NCBI GenBank assembly: GCA_002633005.1
Contig: NMRA01000751.1
Span: forward strand, 10,629 to 74,628
DNA from: Phoronis australis
Taxonomy: Eukaryota; Animalia; Phoronida
Reading direction: 5' to 3'
Length of the DNA: 64,000 bases
Shown piece by piece: positions 1 to 12,418 of the stretch. Every line of letters begins with the position of its first letter. The first letter of the stretch is position 1. The position numbers and the translations under genes are program-made. A model generated the notes under the pieces. It worked only from the letters and a program-made list of their open reading frames with translations. It ran no database searches and was not told the origin of the DNA.

Positions 1-345
1 TAAAGCAACGTTTCTGAAACCGACACAAATGGCCAATAATCGACACATTTCATCGGAACTTACAAAATTTGGCATATTTACGCAGGGGACAGACCGGCCT
101 GCAGCGCTCCGGCCTCGGCACCCCAGACCCCGCAAGCTACCGGACTTGACAAGCCCGTGGACCGCCGTCTGGGGAGTTTTCACAGAGTACCTGGGACACG
201 ACTAGGTATCTCGGCCTGCCGATAGACTCCTCTGTATGGTTACCTTTGTTATATTTTCAATGCACCTTTGAGAAAGCGACACAAATGGCTGATAAACGAC
301 ACATTTCTGAGGACAAGAAAACTTTTCAATGCAACGTTTCAGAAA
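1..345 (-). repeat. GC-rich satellite unit, reverse orientation relative to the 2631-5832 array
   Basis: Reverse complement of the array unit (gacacaaatggccaataatcgacacattt; ggcctgcagcgctccggcctcggcacc). Confidence 0.9.
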
Positions 346-894
346 GCAACACGAACGGCCAATAAAACATTTTTTTTGGGCAGCCACAACCTGAGACCCT
401 CAGTGGAAATAGCACAAGTGAGGATACCAGTTTCTTCAGAAAAGGCTTGCATCCTTTCCTACCTAAAGAAAATTAATAAAACCATTGGCGGTTCCAGGAT
501 ACATAAATGGTGATTGGATCAAAGATTTTTTTAGAATGGGGGGTCCAAGTAAACAATTTGAGAAATCGAGATTTGAAAAAACAAAAAGTAAGGTAAAAAG
601 GGACCTCATTGCCCCCCTTGGAAAATGAGTAAGCAAAGACAAAGACTTGAAAACAGCCAACTTCTACTAATTTGCATAAATTTAACCCAAGATTGTGTTG
701 TATTGTGAGTGCAACACAGAATCCGCGCTAGTTCACGGGAGGTGTCTTAGCACATGTAATGAAGGATGTACATGGTGATGCATGATCAACAAGTTACAAA
801 AATGTTGCTTTGATTAAATCCCTACATGTAATGACGTAATTTTTGGTGTCTTTTTCGATTAACTGAATTACAGCAAAACGTTTGAACACTTGTG

Positions 895-2630
895 ATGAGC
901 TTTTATTTTTTCACATGTTTAGAGTTCGTTGAAATTAAATTCCATGAAATATTTCAATGAATAATTTGAAGATGACCATGTCCATTATGCTAAAAATTCG
1001 ACACGGCTTTTGAATGTGATCTAAGATAGCTTTTAAATTTGTTTCTCAGAGTTTTGAAATAGTTAATAATTTTGAACATGTTTATGGATATCATTATAGC
1101 ACGTGTCTAATTATTTCCCGGAGANGACACAAATGGCCAATAATCGACACATTTTATCGGAACTTAGAAAATTTTGCACAAATTAGGCAGGGGACAGATC
1201 GACCTGCAGCACGTGTCTAATTATTTCCCGGAGGCACTGTTCTGCGATAGCTTCTTTATTTCTTTAGATGTTTACCTGACTTGAATTATATGTGTTTACA
1301 TTTAATGTCTTTGTTTGCCACCGGTATAGACACCTCTATTGTCATGGGTTACTATAGTGAACGTAATGACTTTATGTTTCCCTTTGTATTTTGCATTCCT
1401 TGAGGATTAACTGTAGCGACAGGCTGTTGTTGAGTATTGTAGGTCCGTACTGGCTCGCGACAAAAATCCACATGGTTAATTTCAACTCCCCAGGAACTAA
1501 TTCTTATGGTCCGATGTGTTGGCGGTAACTTTGATAAATTTCGATATAATTACAGGGGGTTTTAATGAGTCAGCAAGTGCGCGTGTCTAATTTTTGACTA
1601 AGAATTTTACCGATTACCTAGAAGGAACACATTTCAAGAAAAAATTTTGTATTGCGAACGCAAGGATTGAGAAATTTGCTGAGACTTCACCAACACATTA
1701 AGCAATCCAGAATGATAAGAAACCAGTGTGTAACTTCCAATTCAACTTGGTATGAACGGCGTAAAAGCACTCGTAATCCCAACTAACTACAGTATCGTTC
1801 GCTTGCTAAGTTTCAGTATGGAATTCATAAAATTAACACATCAGAACTATTAATCTCATACACGCCACAAGTATTTAAATATTTAAAATAGTTTAAGAAA
1901 TTTTATACTGCAATTTTGTTTTCTTGTGAATTGTCGGCAAATAGCCCTTGTAATTTGTGGTGACTGTTAGCTATCCCGATGTTCACCTGTTTGCCTTCCA
2001 AAACGGAGAACGCAGGGGACGACNAAATGTGTTCCTTCTAGGTAATCGGTAAAATTCTTAGTCAAAAATTAGACACGCGCACTTGCTGACTCATTAAAAC
2101 TCCCTGTAATTATATCGAAATTTATCAAAGTTACCGCCAACACGTCGGACCATAAGAATTAGTTCCTGGGGAGTTGAAAATAACCATGTGGATTTTTGTT
2201 GCGAGCCAGTACGGACCTACAATACTCAACAATAGCCTGTCGCTACAGTTAATCCTCAAGGAATGCAAAATACAAAGGGAAACATAAAGTCATTACGTTC
2301 ACTATAGTAACCCATGTCAATAGAGGTGTCTATACCGGTGGCAAACAAAGACATTAAACGTTAACGTCAGGTAAACATCTAAAGAAATAAAGAAGCTATC
2401 GCAGAACAGTGTCTCCGGGAAATAATTACTGAGACACAAACATGTTCAAAATTATTAACTATTTCAAAACTCTAAGAAACAAATTTAAAAGATATCTTAG
2501 ATCACATTCAAAAGCCGTGTCGAATTTTCAGCTTAATGGACATGGTCATCTTCAGTTTATTCATTGAAATATTTCATAGAATTTAATTTCAACGATCAAC
2601 TCTAAACATGTGAAAAAATAAAAGCTCATC
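895..2630. repeat. Inverted duplication (~895-1634 vs 2025-2630)
   Basis: gatgagcttttattttttcacatg...gaaggaacacattt is reverse-complemented at 2025-2630; single-n joins at 1125 and 2024. Confidence 0.85.
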
Positions 2631-5600
2631 TTGCGGTGCCGAGGCTGGAGCGCTGCAGGCCGATCTGTCCCCTGCCAAAATGTGCAAAATTTTCTAAGTT
2701 CCGATAAAATGTGTCGATTATTGACCATTTGTGTCGGTTTCAGAAACGTTGCTTTGAAAATATAACACAGGTAAGCACACAGCGGTGTCTTTCGGCAGGC
2801 CGGGATACAGTCCCTAGTCGTGTCCCGGGTAGTCTGTGAAAACTCCCCAGACGGCGGTATACGGGATTGTCAAGTCCGGCAACTTGCGGTGCCGAGGCCG
2901 GAGCGCTGCAGGCCGGTCTGTCCCCTGCGTAAATGTGCAAAATTTTCTAAGTTCCGAGAAAATGTGTCGATTATAGGCCATTTGTGTCGGTTTCAGAAAC
3001 GTTGCTTTGAAAAATTTTCTAAGTTCCGATAAAATGTGTCGATTATTGGCCATTTGTGTCGGTTTCAGAAACGTTGCTTTGAAAATATAACACAGGTGAG
3101 CATACAGCGGGGTCTATCGGCAGGCCGGGATACAGTCCCTAGTCGTGTCCCGGGTAGTCTGTGAAAACTCCCCAGACGGCGGTATACGGGATTGTCAAGT
3201 CCGGCAACTTGCGGTGCCGAGGCCGGAGCGCTGCAGGCCGGTCTGTCCCCTGCGTAAATGTGCAAAATTTTCTAAGTTCCGAGAAAATGTGTCGATTATA
3301 GGCCATTTGTGTCGGTTTCAGAAACGTTGCTTTGAAAAATTTTCTAAGTTCCGATAAAATGTGTCGATTATTGGCCATTTGTGTCGGTTTCAGAAACGTT
3401 GCTTTGAAAATATAACACAGGTGAGCATACAGCGGGGTCTATCGGCAGGCCGGGATACAGTCCCTAGTCGTGTCCCGGGTAGTCTGTGAAAACTCCCCAG
3501 ACGGCGGTATACGGGATTGTCAAGTCCGGCAACTTGCGGTGCCGAGGCCGGAGCGCTGCAGGCCGATCTGTCCCCTGCCAAAATGTGCAAAATTTTCTAA
3601 GTTCCGAGAAAATGTGTCGATTATAGGCCATTTGTGTCGGTTTCAGAAACGTTGCTTTGAAAATATAACACAGGTAAGCATACAGCGGTGTCTCATCGGC
3701 AGGCCGGGATACAGTCCCTAGTCGTGTCCCGGGTAGTCTGTGAAAATTCCCCAGACGGCGGTTCACGGGATTGTCAAGTCCGGTAGCTTGCGGGGTCTGG
3801 GGTGCCGAGGCCGGAGCGCTGCAGGCCGGTCTGTCCCCTGCGTAAATATGCCAAATTTTCTAAGTTACGATAAGATGTGTCGATTATTGGCCATTTGTGT
3901 CGGTTTCAGAAACGTTGCTTTGAAAAATTTCATAAGTCCCACGAAATGTGTCGATTATTGGCCATTTGTGTCGCTTTCTCAAAGGTGCTTTGAAAAATTA
4001 ACAACGGGTAAGGTAAGCATACAGGGGGTCTATCGGCAGGCCGGGATACAGTCCCTAGTCGTGTCCCGGGTAGTCTGTGAAAACTCCCCAGACGGCGGTA
4101 TACGGGATTGTCAAGTCCGGCAACTTGCAGTGCCGAGGCCGGAGCGCTGCAGACCGATCTGTCCCCTGCCTAATTTGTGCAAAATTTTCTAAGTTCCGAG
4201 AAAATGTGTCGATTATAGGCCATTTGTGTCGGTTTCAGAAACGTTGCTTTGAAAAATTTTCTAAGTTCCGAGAAAATGTGTCGATTATTGGCCATTTGTG
4301 TCGGTTTCAGAAACGTTGCTTTGAAAATATAACACAGGTGAGCATACAGCGGGGTCTATCGGCAGGCCGGGATACAGTCCCTAGTCGTGTCCCGGGTAGT
4401 CTGTGAAAACTCCCCAGACGGCGGTATACGGGATTGTCAAGTCCGGCAACTTGCGGTGCCGAGGCCGGAGCGCTGCAGGCCGGTCTGTCCCCTGCGTAAA
4501 TGTGCAAAATTTTCTAAGTTCCGAGAAAATGTGTCGATTATTGGCCATTTGTGTCGGTTTCAGAAACGTTGCTTTGAAAAATTTTCTAAGTCCAACGAAA
4601 TGTGTCGATTATTGGCCATTTGTGTCGGTTTCTCAAAGGTGCTTTGTAAATATAACACAGGTAAGCATACAGCGGGGTCTATCGGCAGGCCGGGATAGAG
4701 TCCTAGTCGTGTCCCGGTTACTCTGTGAAAACTCCCCAGGCGGCCGTATACGTGATTGTCAAGCCCGGCAGCTTGCGGGGTCTGCGGTGCCGAGGCCGGA
4801 GTGCGGCAAGCCCCCTGCGTAAATGGGCGAAAATTTCTAAGTTCCGATAAAATGTGTCGATTATTGACCATTTGTGTCGGTTTCAGAAACGTTGCTTTGA
4901 AAATATAACACAGGTAAGCATACAGCGGTGTCTTTCGGCAGGCCGGGATACAGTCCATAGTCGTGTCCCGGGTAGTCTGTGAAAACTCCCCAGACGGCGG
5001 TATACGGGATTGTCAAGTCCGGCAACTTGCGGTGCCGAGGCCGGAGCGCTGCAGGCCGATCTGTCCCTTGCCTAACTTGTGCAAAATTTTCTAAGTTCCG
5101 ATAAAATGTGTCGATTATTGGCCATTTGTGTCGGTTTCAGAAACGTTGCTTTGAAAAATTTTTTAAGTTCAAAGAAAATGTGTCGATTATTGGCCATTTG
5201 TGTCGGTTTCAGAAACGTTGCTTTGAAAATATAACACAGGTGAGCATACAGCGGGGTCTATCGGCAGACCGGGATACAGTCCCTAGTCGTGTCCCGGGTA
5301 GTCTGTGAAAACTCCCCAGACGGCGGTATACGGNATTTACTAAGTCCCGGAAAATGTGTCGATTATGGGCCATTTGTGTCGCTTTCTCAAAGGTGCTTTG
5401 AAAATATAACCAAGTTAAGCATACAGCGGGGTCTATCGGCAAGCCGGGAAGTCCCTAGTCCTGTCCCGTGTATCTCAGTGTGAAAACTCCCCACACGGCG
5501 GTCCACGGGGTCAAGTCCTGCAGTTTGCGGAGTGTGCGGTGCCGAGGCTGGAGCGCTGGAGGCAGTAATGTCCCCTGCGTAAATGTGCAAAATTTTCTAA

Positions 5601-5832
5601 GTTCCGAGAAAATGTGTCGATTATTGGCCATTTGTGTCGGTTTCTCAAAGGTGCTTTGAAAATAAGGCAAGCACACAGCGGGGTCTATCGGCATGCGGGG
5701 ATACAGTCCCTAATCCTGTCCCGGTTACCTCAGTGTGAAAACTCCCCAGACAGCGGTCCACGGTGTCAAGTCCAGCAGTTTGCAGGGTCTGCTTTGCCGT
5801 GGGCGGAGCGCTGGCAGGCCGGTTTGTCCCTG
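2631..5832 (+). repeat. Tandem satellite with a ~260/325-bp unit containing a variably duplicated 65-bp subunit
   Basis: Near-identical ORFs recur at 2740/3065/3390 (period 325); units degrade toward 5400-5830. Confidence 0.95.
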
Positions 5833-8800
5833 CGTTGGCGGTCGTGATGCCGCGGACTACTAAGTGCCGACCGGCATATATATTTTATGTGATCTCCCAG
5901 TATGGCATCTGGAGCGGTCCACATACTAAAAGGCCTGACCGGCTGCCCTGCGGCCACGTATCCATTAGGCCTACACCGGGGTTGGCGGAGGACCGTCCAA
6001 CTGGAAGAAGTTCGCGCCCGCTGTCCCGCTGCCGGAAAGTGACGATCCAGTAGGTGATCGTAGTTTAATCAGTAAATTTTTGCGGGTTTTAGTTGAGAAA
6101 CGAAATGTGTCGATTTCACCGTCAAAAACCGACACATTTTAAAATGCGCGTTTTCACTTTACCCTATATCGTGCCATATATCCTCTACCGACCTCTGGAC
6201 GAAGTGCGCGAGGCGTTGACTACGGCCGCGATTTCAGTTTGTCATAATTGTGAAGTGTCTTTGCTTAAAATATTGAAAACAAAAAACATGAGCAGTGCCA
6301 TGGAAAATACACGTAGGCCGGGCAAAATCTAGACTCGGTATATCAAGAAAAAACTTGGGCAGAAAAGGTATCAAAAATTACGAGAAACTACATCATAAGC
6401 AAGAGTGTGACTCAGTAATCAGAGGTAAACGGGTGAAAATAGGTGATTGGAGGGTGAGCAGGTACAGAATATGTAGGATTTTGCCCAGGGAGGTCAAGGA
6501 AGTAATAAACATAAGACAGACCTGCTAAAAAGAGGTAGGAGCAAAAACGGGGGCGGCCCTCAAAGGTTGGAGGGAAATAGCTTTCTTTCCCCAATATTCC
6601 AGGTGTTAATATCAATTAATTAACAATTAATTAATAAAATTTCAGTGCGCAAACTTTGTTATAAAATATAACCTAGGACTATCATATTACTCCCAGGTAT
6701 TACTGAAAAATTAACAGACTCTCATCCACCCAACCATCATGTTTCCAGATCTTTGTTTCGAAAATCCACACCGGCTTACGACATTCTCCATTCAAGCAGT
6801 GGGGCCTGTGCCCACTTACACGAAACCAGGGGGGCAGGGGGCAGGGCAGAGTATTAGCCCGTCAGACATTTGCACCCCGAACTGCCAAATGGAATCTGGG
6901 AGAATTTCATAGTTTAGGGGGTGCCACCCGGCATGGCCGCCTTGGTTCCCCTCTAAATCCGCCACTGGAAACAGTCCCAAATATCGACTCATCACACTCC
7001 TCTCACACTCTCAAACTCTCACACTCTCATAGCAAAATAAACCCTCGGTCGATTTTAATGAAACCTTCACCAGTTACATCAAAAACTTTGTTAGGAATTT
7101 TCGATTAATCTTTTCGTTTGGTTTCTATGACAAATCAACTCGTAAAAGATAAGGTATATATTTGTAAAAAATTGAAGTCGTACTCATCTTTGTCACATTA
7201 CGCAAAAACTAGGCCTTTATATCAAAAATCCTAAAAGAAGTTTTGAGAATGACTAAATAGTAAGTTTGGAAAGTTTCATCGATATCCATCAAGCCGTTTT
7301 CGAGAACTGGTGTTCCTAAGTTCATATAAAGTCGATTCCGAAGCCGAGAAAAAGCCGATTAAACCATAGATATTAGTCTATGATTAAACTGAGACAAGTG
7401 AAAATCTCTTCGGTTAAATATTAGGTGAAAACTTGTTTTCGGTGCACATAACCCATACAATCCTTAACTATGTTAGCTATCTCAACGTTCACTCGAAATG
7501 TCAACTGATTTTGCAGTGCGTAACTAACTTAAGATATCATTAAAACCTCAAATAGAGGTATTGTTCCCAGACAACTTTTATTGTTGTTTACGACCTACTT
7601 TGTAAATAGGTCACAGTTCATAGCCTGTATACGTCACGCGATGGGAGAATATACGAAACCAAGTAAGAAATGGATTACAAAAATCGAATCGGTGGTTAAA
7701 ATATGTCGTTGGCATGAGATTGAAACATTGAAATGAATTAAGGAATTAGGGTGAAAATTAATCTTTTCACAACTTTCTGTGTTCTAGCATGACCACATGC
7801 ATAGGCCTGAGGCGACTCTTAGCATCCGGGTCGTTTTCAACCGCCAACGGTCGTATGCATGTAGACGCACAACTCCCTTAGGAACGACATTAACAGCTAA
7901 TACACGTTACTTCTTCGTACTTAGCCAAATATCTACAAAAGTATAGTAAAAGTATGTATTTTTGAGAGTAGAAAGCCGGCGGAATTTGATTTTTGACATG
8001 TGACCCTAAAAGCATCCACCATTAACGAAACTGCATGGCTGCGTAGATGTGTGTCTTCGTGAACGGAGCGTCGACCGAAGATACATGTGAAAGACTAAAC
8101 TTCAACCAGGCATTCTCCCAGTAGCTATGATGAGTGTCAGTGACAGGGAGGACGGAAATGGCAGAGATCCAGTGGCCAATAGAAAGCTGGTGAAAGCGCA
8201 TGTCATAAGTAACGCAAGAGATGCTATTTGCAAACTCAACGCTGGCACTAACGAGGCAAGCATGAGGCGTGGCTGTCTCAATCATTTCGCAGATTTTTTT
8301 TGTTCAACTTAATACACTCAACCTCATTTTGGGCTTTTTACCATTTCCTGTGCCTTCCCCTAACTGAACCAAACCAAATAGTTTCAAGCTCACAAATAAA
8401 ACTGTCATTTACGAAATCGAGCATTTGTCAAAGGGTGCATGGCCAAATTATCCTGTAGCCTCGGGAGGCACGCATTTCAAGACAATCATCGTTTTGTTTT
8501 AATTTTGCAACTGTCATAACATGAAGCCAAACATTTTCCACAACCATACCACGGGTGCACGTGATTCACTCCACCAGTTCAGCCCACCATAACATTGGAT
8601 TGGTTGGCAAACCAGAAGTTGTCAACAAGAACCAATCAAATATCTACGTTGGTTGACCCAGCTGATCCGGCGAATGAACCGAGTGGAACCTATGTCAAAG
8701 TAGCGCTCATAGGCGTGGTGCTCATTGGCACATTGAATAGTTCCAAATTTTTTATTCCTTAGTGTGAATATACTCAGTGAGACCGGAGATGGAATGAAAA

Positions 8801-11059
8801 CAAAATCAAATATTAAACATACCTTTGTCCACAAATGAGTAAAGATATTAATCAACACTGCAGCTTTTTCAAGAAAAAATGTGGGTTTTATACTTGATTT
8901 TAGTCTAAGACAACAGAATTGAAGCTCCTGAAAGCTTGTATATTCTCATTTTAATACACTGAATCAGCACAAGAAGATAACAGTTCTTAGGACACATTCG
9001 ATGGCTTCTCGGCAATACAAAAACAGAATTTACAAAACTAAATTCGCAATAAAATATTACAGACCCTAAAAGTCCTGAACGTCAAAGCAGATGCACAATA
9101 GTACTGGTCACAGCACACTTTTCTGCTCGACTATTTTACCACTAAACAGTAATGCCGTAAGCACAATGGGAGATTTTACCCAGCCACAACAAAATTGCAA
9201 ATCAAAGTAACTAATAAACATCACCTCCCACATCATTTCTGCGCATAATAACGAGGCACACGGAAGGATCTTTACAATTCTATAAACTTTAGCAAAAGAT
9301 TGGCACTGGTGCGTTAGAGCTTTACTGGCACATGCATAAAGTTGTTCACAACTTCACAGTAAAACAGACATGAACAGCAAAAAACGTGGAGCTTATTGAA
9401 CACTTGAAAAGAAACTCTACAATGCTGGGCTTAAAATGCAAAAGACCTTGACTTCTTTGTTTAAATAGAAACACACCCACCATTTTAATGAGACACCAAC
9501 TTATTTTAAAAGTTTTTCATTGTTTTGAATCAAAAAAAATACCGCCGACCAAGATTCCACTGACAAACTCAAATTTCAGTTATATATGGTATGTTGACAA
9601 CAGATATGGTTGAATACCACATCTGATAAATAAAGGGTGCGTAAATTAAAGAAATTTCTGCTACAGTATGTAATCAGACAAAATGACCTGGAATTGCCCA
9701 TCTTGAAGGTTGAGTGCTGGTGGGACTCTTCCATCATAACAGGTGAGTGTCAAGCATAGGTGACCACCTGAGTAGCTTGATTGACCCTTAATTATCCCCC
9801 ATGACGAGGTATTTTGTCGGATTACTTTTGACGTGTACTGTATGTGGCCAAATGTGATTGGGATAGATATGCAGACGTGTTGCTTCCTGTCCTACATCCA
9901 CCAATGCTGTGATGGATGAGGACAGACCCAGACCAAGAAAGTGGGGGCTCATCAACACAAAGGGGAGGTGGCTCACTTTAGAGGTAGACTCTCATATCAT
10001 AGTTAGACTCTTGGGCAGAAGTAGCCTCCCAATTCATTTTAACGAAAAACAACCGACCATAAAACAAGCAAACTTAAAATTGGCACATGGCGATTTATAA
10101 AATAACTAATCTCTTTTCAGTTACTGCAACCCTATTTTTTCATCAGCTCCACAACAACTACACTACGGAGACTAGTTTTTTAAAATTTCTTAATTACTGA
10201 TTCCTTTTTTGATGAGCATTCACGCAAACATCAAAATCATTCAACAAAACAGCTCGAGAACGGACAGTTCTTTCCAAAAAGTAGGAGATAATAAAATTGC
10301 CTTTTAACAAAAGAGACAGTTTAACTGAAAACACTAACTTCCCACTCGATCCTGACAGACCAATTAAACACTATCTTCAGTAAAATAATTTAAAGTATTC
10401 CCCCAAATGGTAATAAACTTGAATTTGGCAGCTGCAACGTTTTTAAGATCACTCTCAGCATACCAAGGTCATAAATGGGCTAAACGTGATGATCACACAT
10501 TCATCTACGACACCACTCAGACCATTGATCAACAAAATTACTACAAACTATTATTCTATGTTCTGTGTTTTTGTGGTGATACAATATGGCGTGAAAAAGA
10601 TTCTTAACTACACTTATCACTTTACATACCTATGATTGAGTGATTAAACTGTGTTTTCATACATTGCTAAAGTATTGCTGAGTCTATCCAGGCACCCCGA
10701 TACATCTAAAACAATAAACATCTGTTCGAGGAAGACTTTAAATTGTCCTTGACTATACACCAATCCAGTGCATTCCATACAAATCTTTAACTATCAACAA
10801 CCTATCTTTTCGACTGACTTTAAACCAAGTAAACGTCTGCTGATAATAATTTGCTCCAATCAGCAACCAGCACACACTTGATCCTGCCGTGTACAGTGAC
10901 TCCAACAAATGACTGTGTCCCAACTCTTTTTTTACTTCTTTCCACAATTCCAAACTCCTTCGGTCAACGTTCTTTATCCACGTCTCTTGCAAAGAACCTA
11001 TCAGATGCTATTGGTACCATTAAAGCCACTACCCAGTTACGTTTTCCTCAATACTGANA

Positions 11060-11290
11060 CGCAAACAAGTGTAACGTGCGGCGCGACCCTGTTTGCTGCT
11101 CATTCAAAATAGGCTTCTCAAAAGCAATTAAAAGGGACTCTAATACTTTCAAACGCAGCACATCTTGCTCCACGTAGCGAATTGACGTGTTTTCCACAAT
11201 TTCTTGACAGGTGATTTTACGTGCGTGGTATTGCAGAAAATGATCTTGAATGGCGCCATTTTGAAGATGCATGGATAAAGACCGTGAACA
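11060..11290 (-). mobile_element. Penelope-like retroelement fragment (GIY-YIG endonuclease C-terminal part)
   Basis: SRSLSMHLQNGAIQDHFLQYH...EIVENTSI...RLKVLESLLIAFEKPILNEQ resembles the RLxxH...H...LxxLEALxI...PxLNxQ pattern. Confidence 0.65.
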
Positions 11291-12343
11291 ATGAAAATTG
11301 TCGTGCATTCAACAAATTCTGTATTTTGAAGATTGCAACAATTTCTAGAAAAAAAATCATCAGATTCACTGTTTTTGAAACACAGATGAAACATAAACTC
11401 TTTCATCCCAATACAGTTTTCAAATTCTTCACTTATAATAATTTATAAGCCCACATGCGCTCAAAGTATTACCCATTCTCAAGAGCATAATCGCCACTGC
11501 TTAGTTTAAAGCAAAGGTCACATTTTCCATATAAAGGAAAATTGTGCTATACCAAATAAGGAGACATGCTCTGCCGTGTGAAAGAAAACTGGACAAAGTA
11601 ACGAGCAGATGACAGATCATCTTTTTTTTTGAAATTTGAAACTAAAGAAAAAATGTTTTGACATCAATAGCAATTCAAAATGTTTAAGAACAAACCATAA
11701 AATATCTGGTGAACAGTTTGACTCTTATTTCAGTGACAGAGAACCACTTTGAATAATGCAATTTAGCCCCGTTTTTGCGTTCTATGCCACTTCAAACATC
11801 CAAACTTAGTTCTATAATCAAGTTCATTGGGTCCGAGCATAGTAAAGAGTTTTAAATCACATTGGCTTTGACAGGAACTCACAAACAAGTCAACCAAAAC
11901 CGCTAAAAAACAATACCACTCCTTGTATTTGGCCATCATACACTAAACATCTCCATGAGAAAGCTCATTTTGACATGTTGAACTTTTCAAAGTTGTATGA
12001 CATTTTCATGTATCTATTAAATGTTTGGTTAAAGTCATTCAACGCTCTTCTTACATCACAAAAAACAACTTTTGATTTAGACTATTTCCTTTTACAAAAT
12101 TCGTCTCAATTGTTCCTCAGTCAAAATTGATATTCAAGACGAGCTCTATAAGCAGACTGACAACAGCGAGTCAGTAAGGTCACAAGCAATAACAAACAGT
12201 TTATTGCAGGACCAAAAATCACTTGCCATCTGAATAAGTAACAAGTTCAAACCAAACTTACTGCGATAAGTGGTCTAAATCAAAAGTTTCTACCACGCAA
12301 GTCAGGTTTATAGCTGCTTAAAAACAAAAAAGACAGTGCCTAC

Positions 12344-12418
12344 CATTTTCTCTCGTAACCTTAGTATAAGATCGACTATCTCCACTTCCTGTTTGTCTCT
12401 GATCCAGTTCATTAGGTC
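12344..12418 (-). CDS. DENND6A: DENND6 exon 16
   Basis: [25 protein letters not shown]; ctccag/gtaggc. Confidence 0.9.

Noticed and set aside
2631-5832. CRISPR-like appearance of repeated blocks
   Set aside because: No unique spacers, no cas genes, eukaryotic context.
2740-5847. Many repeated 60-150 aa ORFs
   Set aside because: They are translations of a tandem satellite in several frames, with no recognisable domain.
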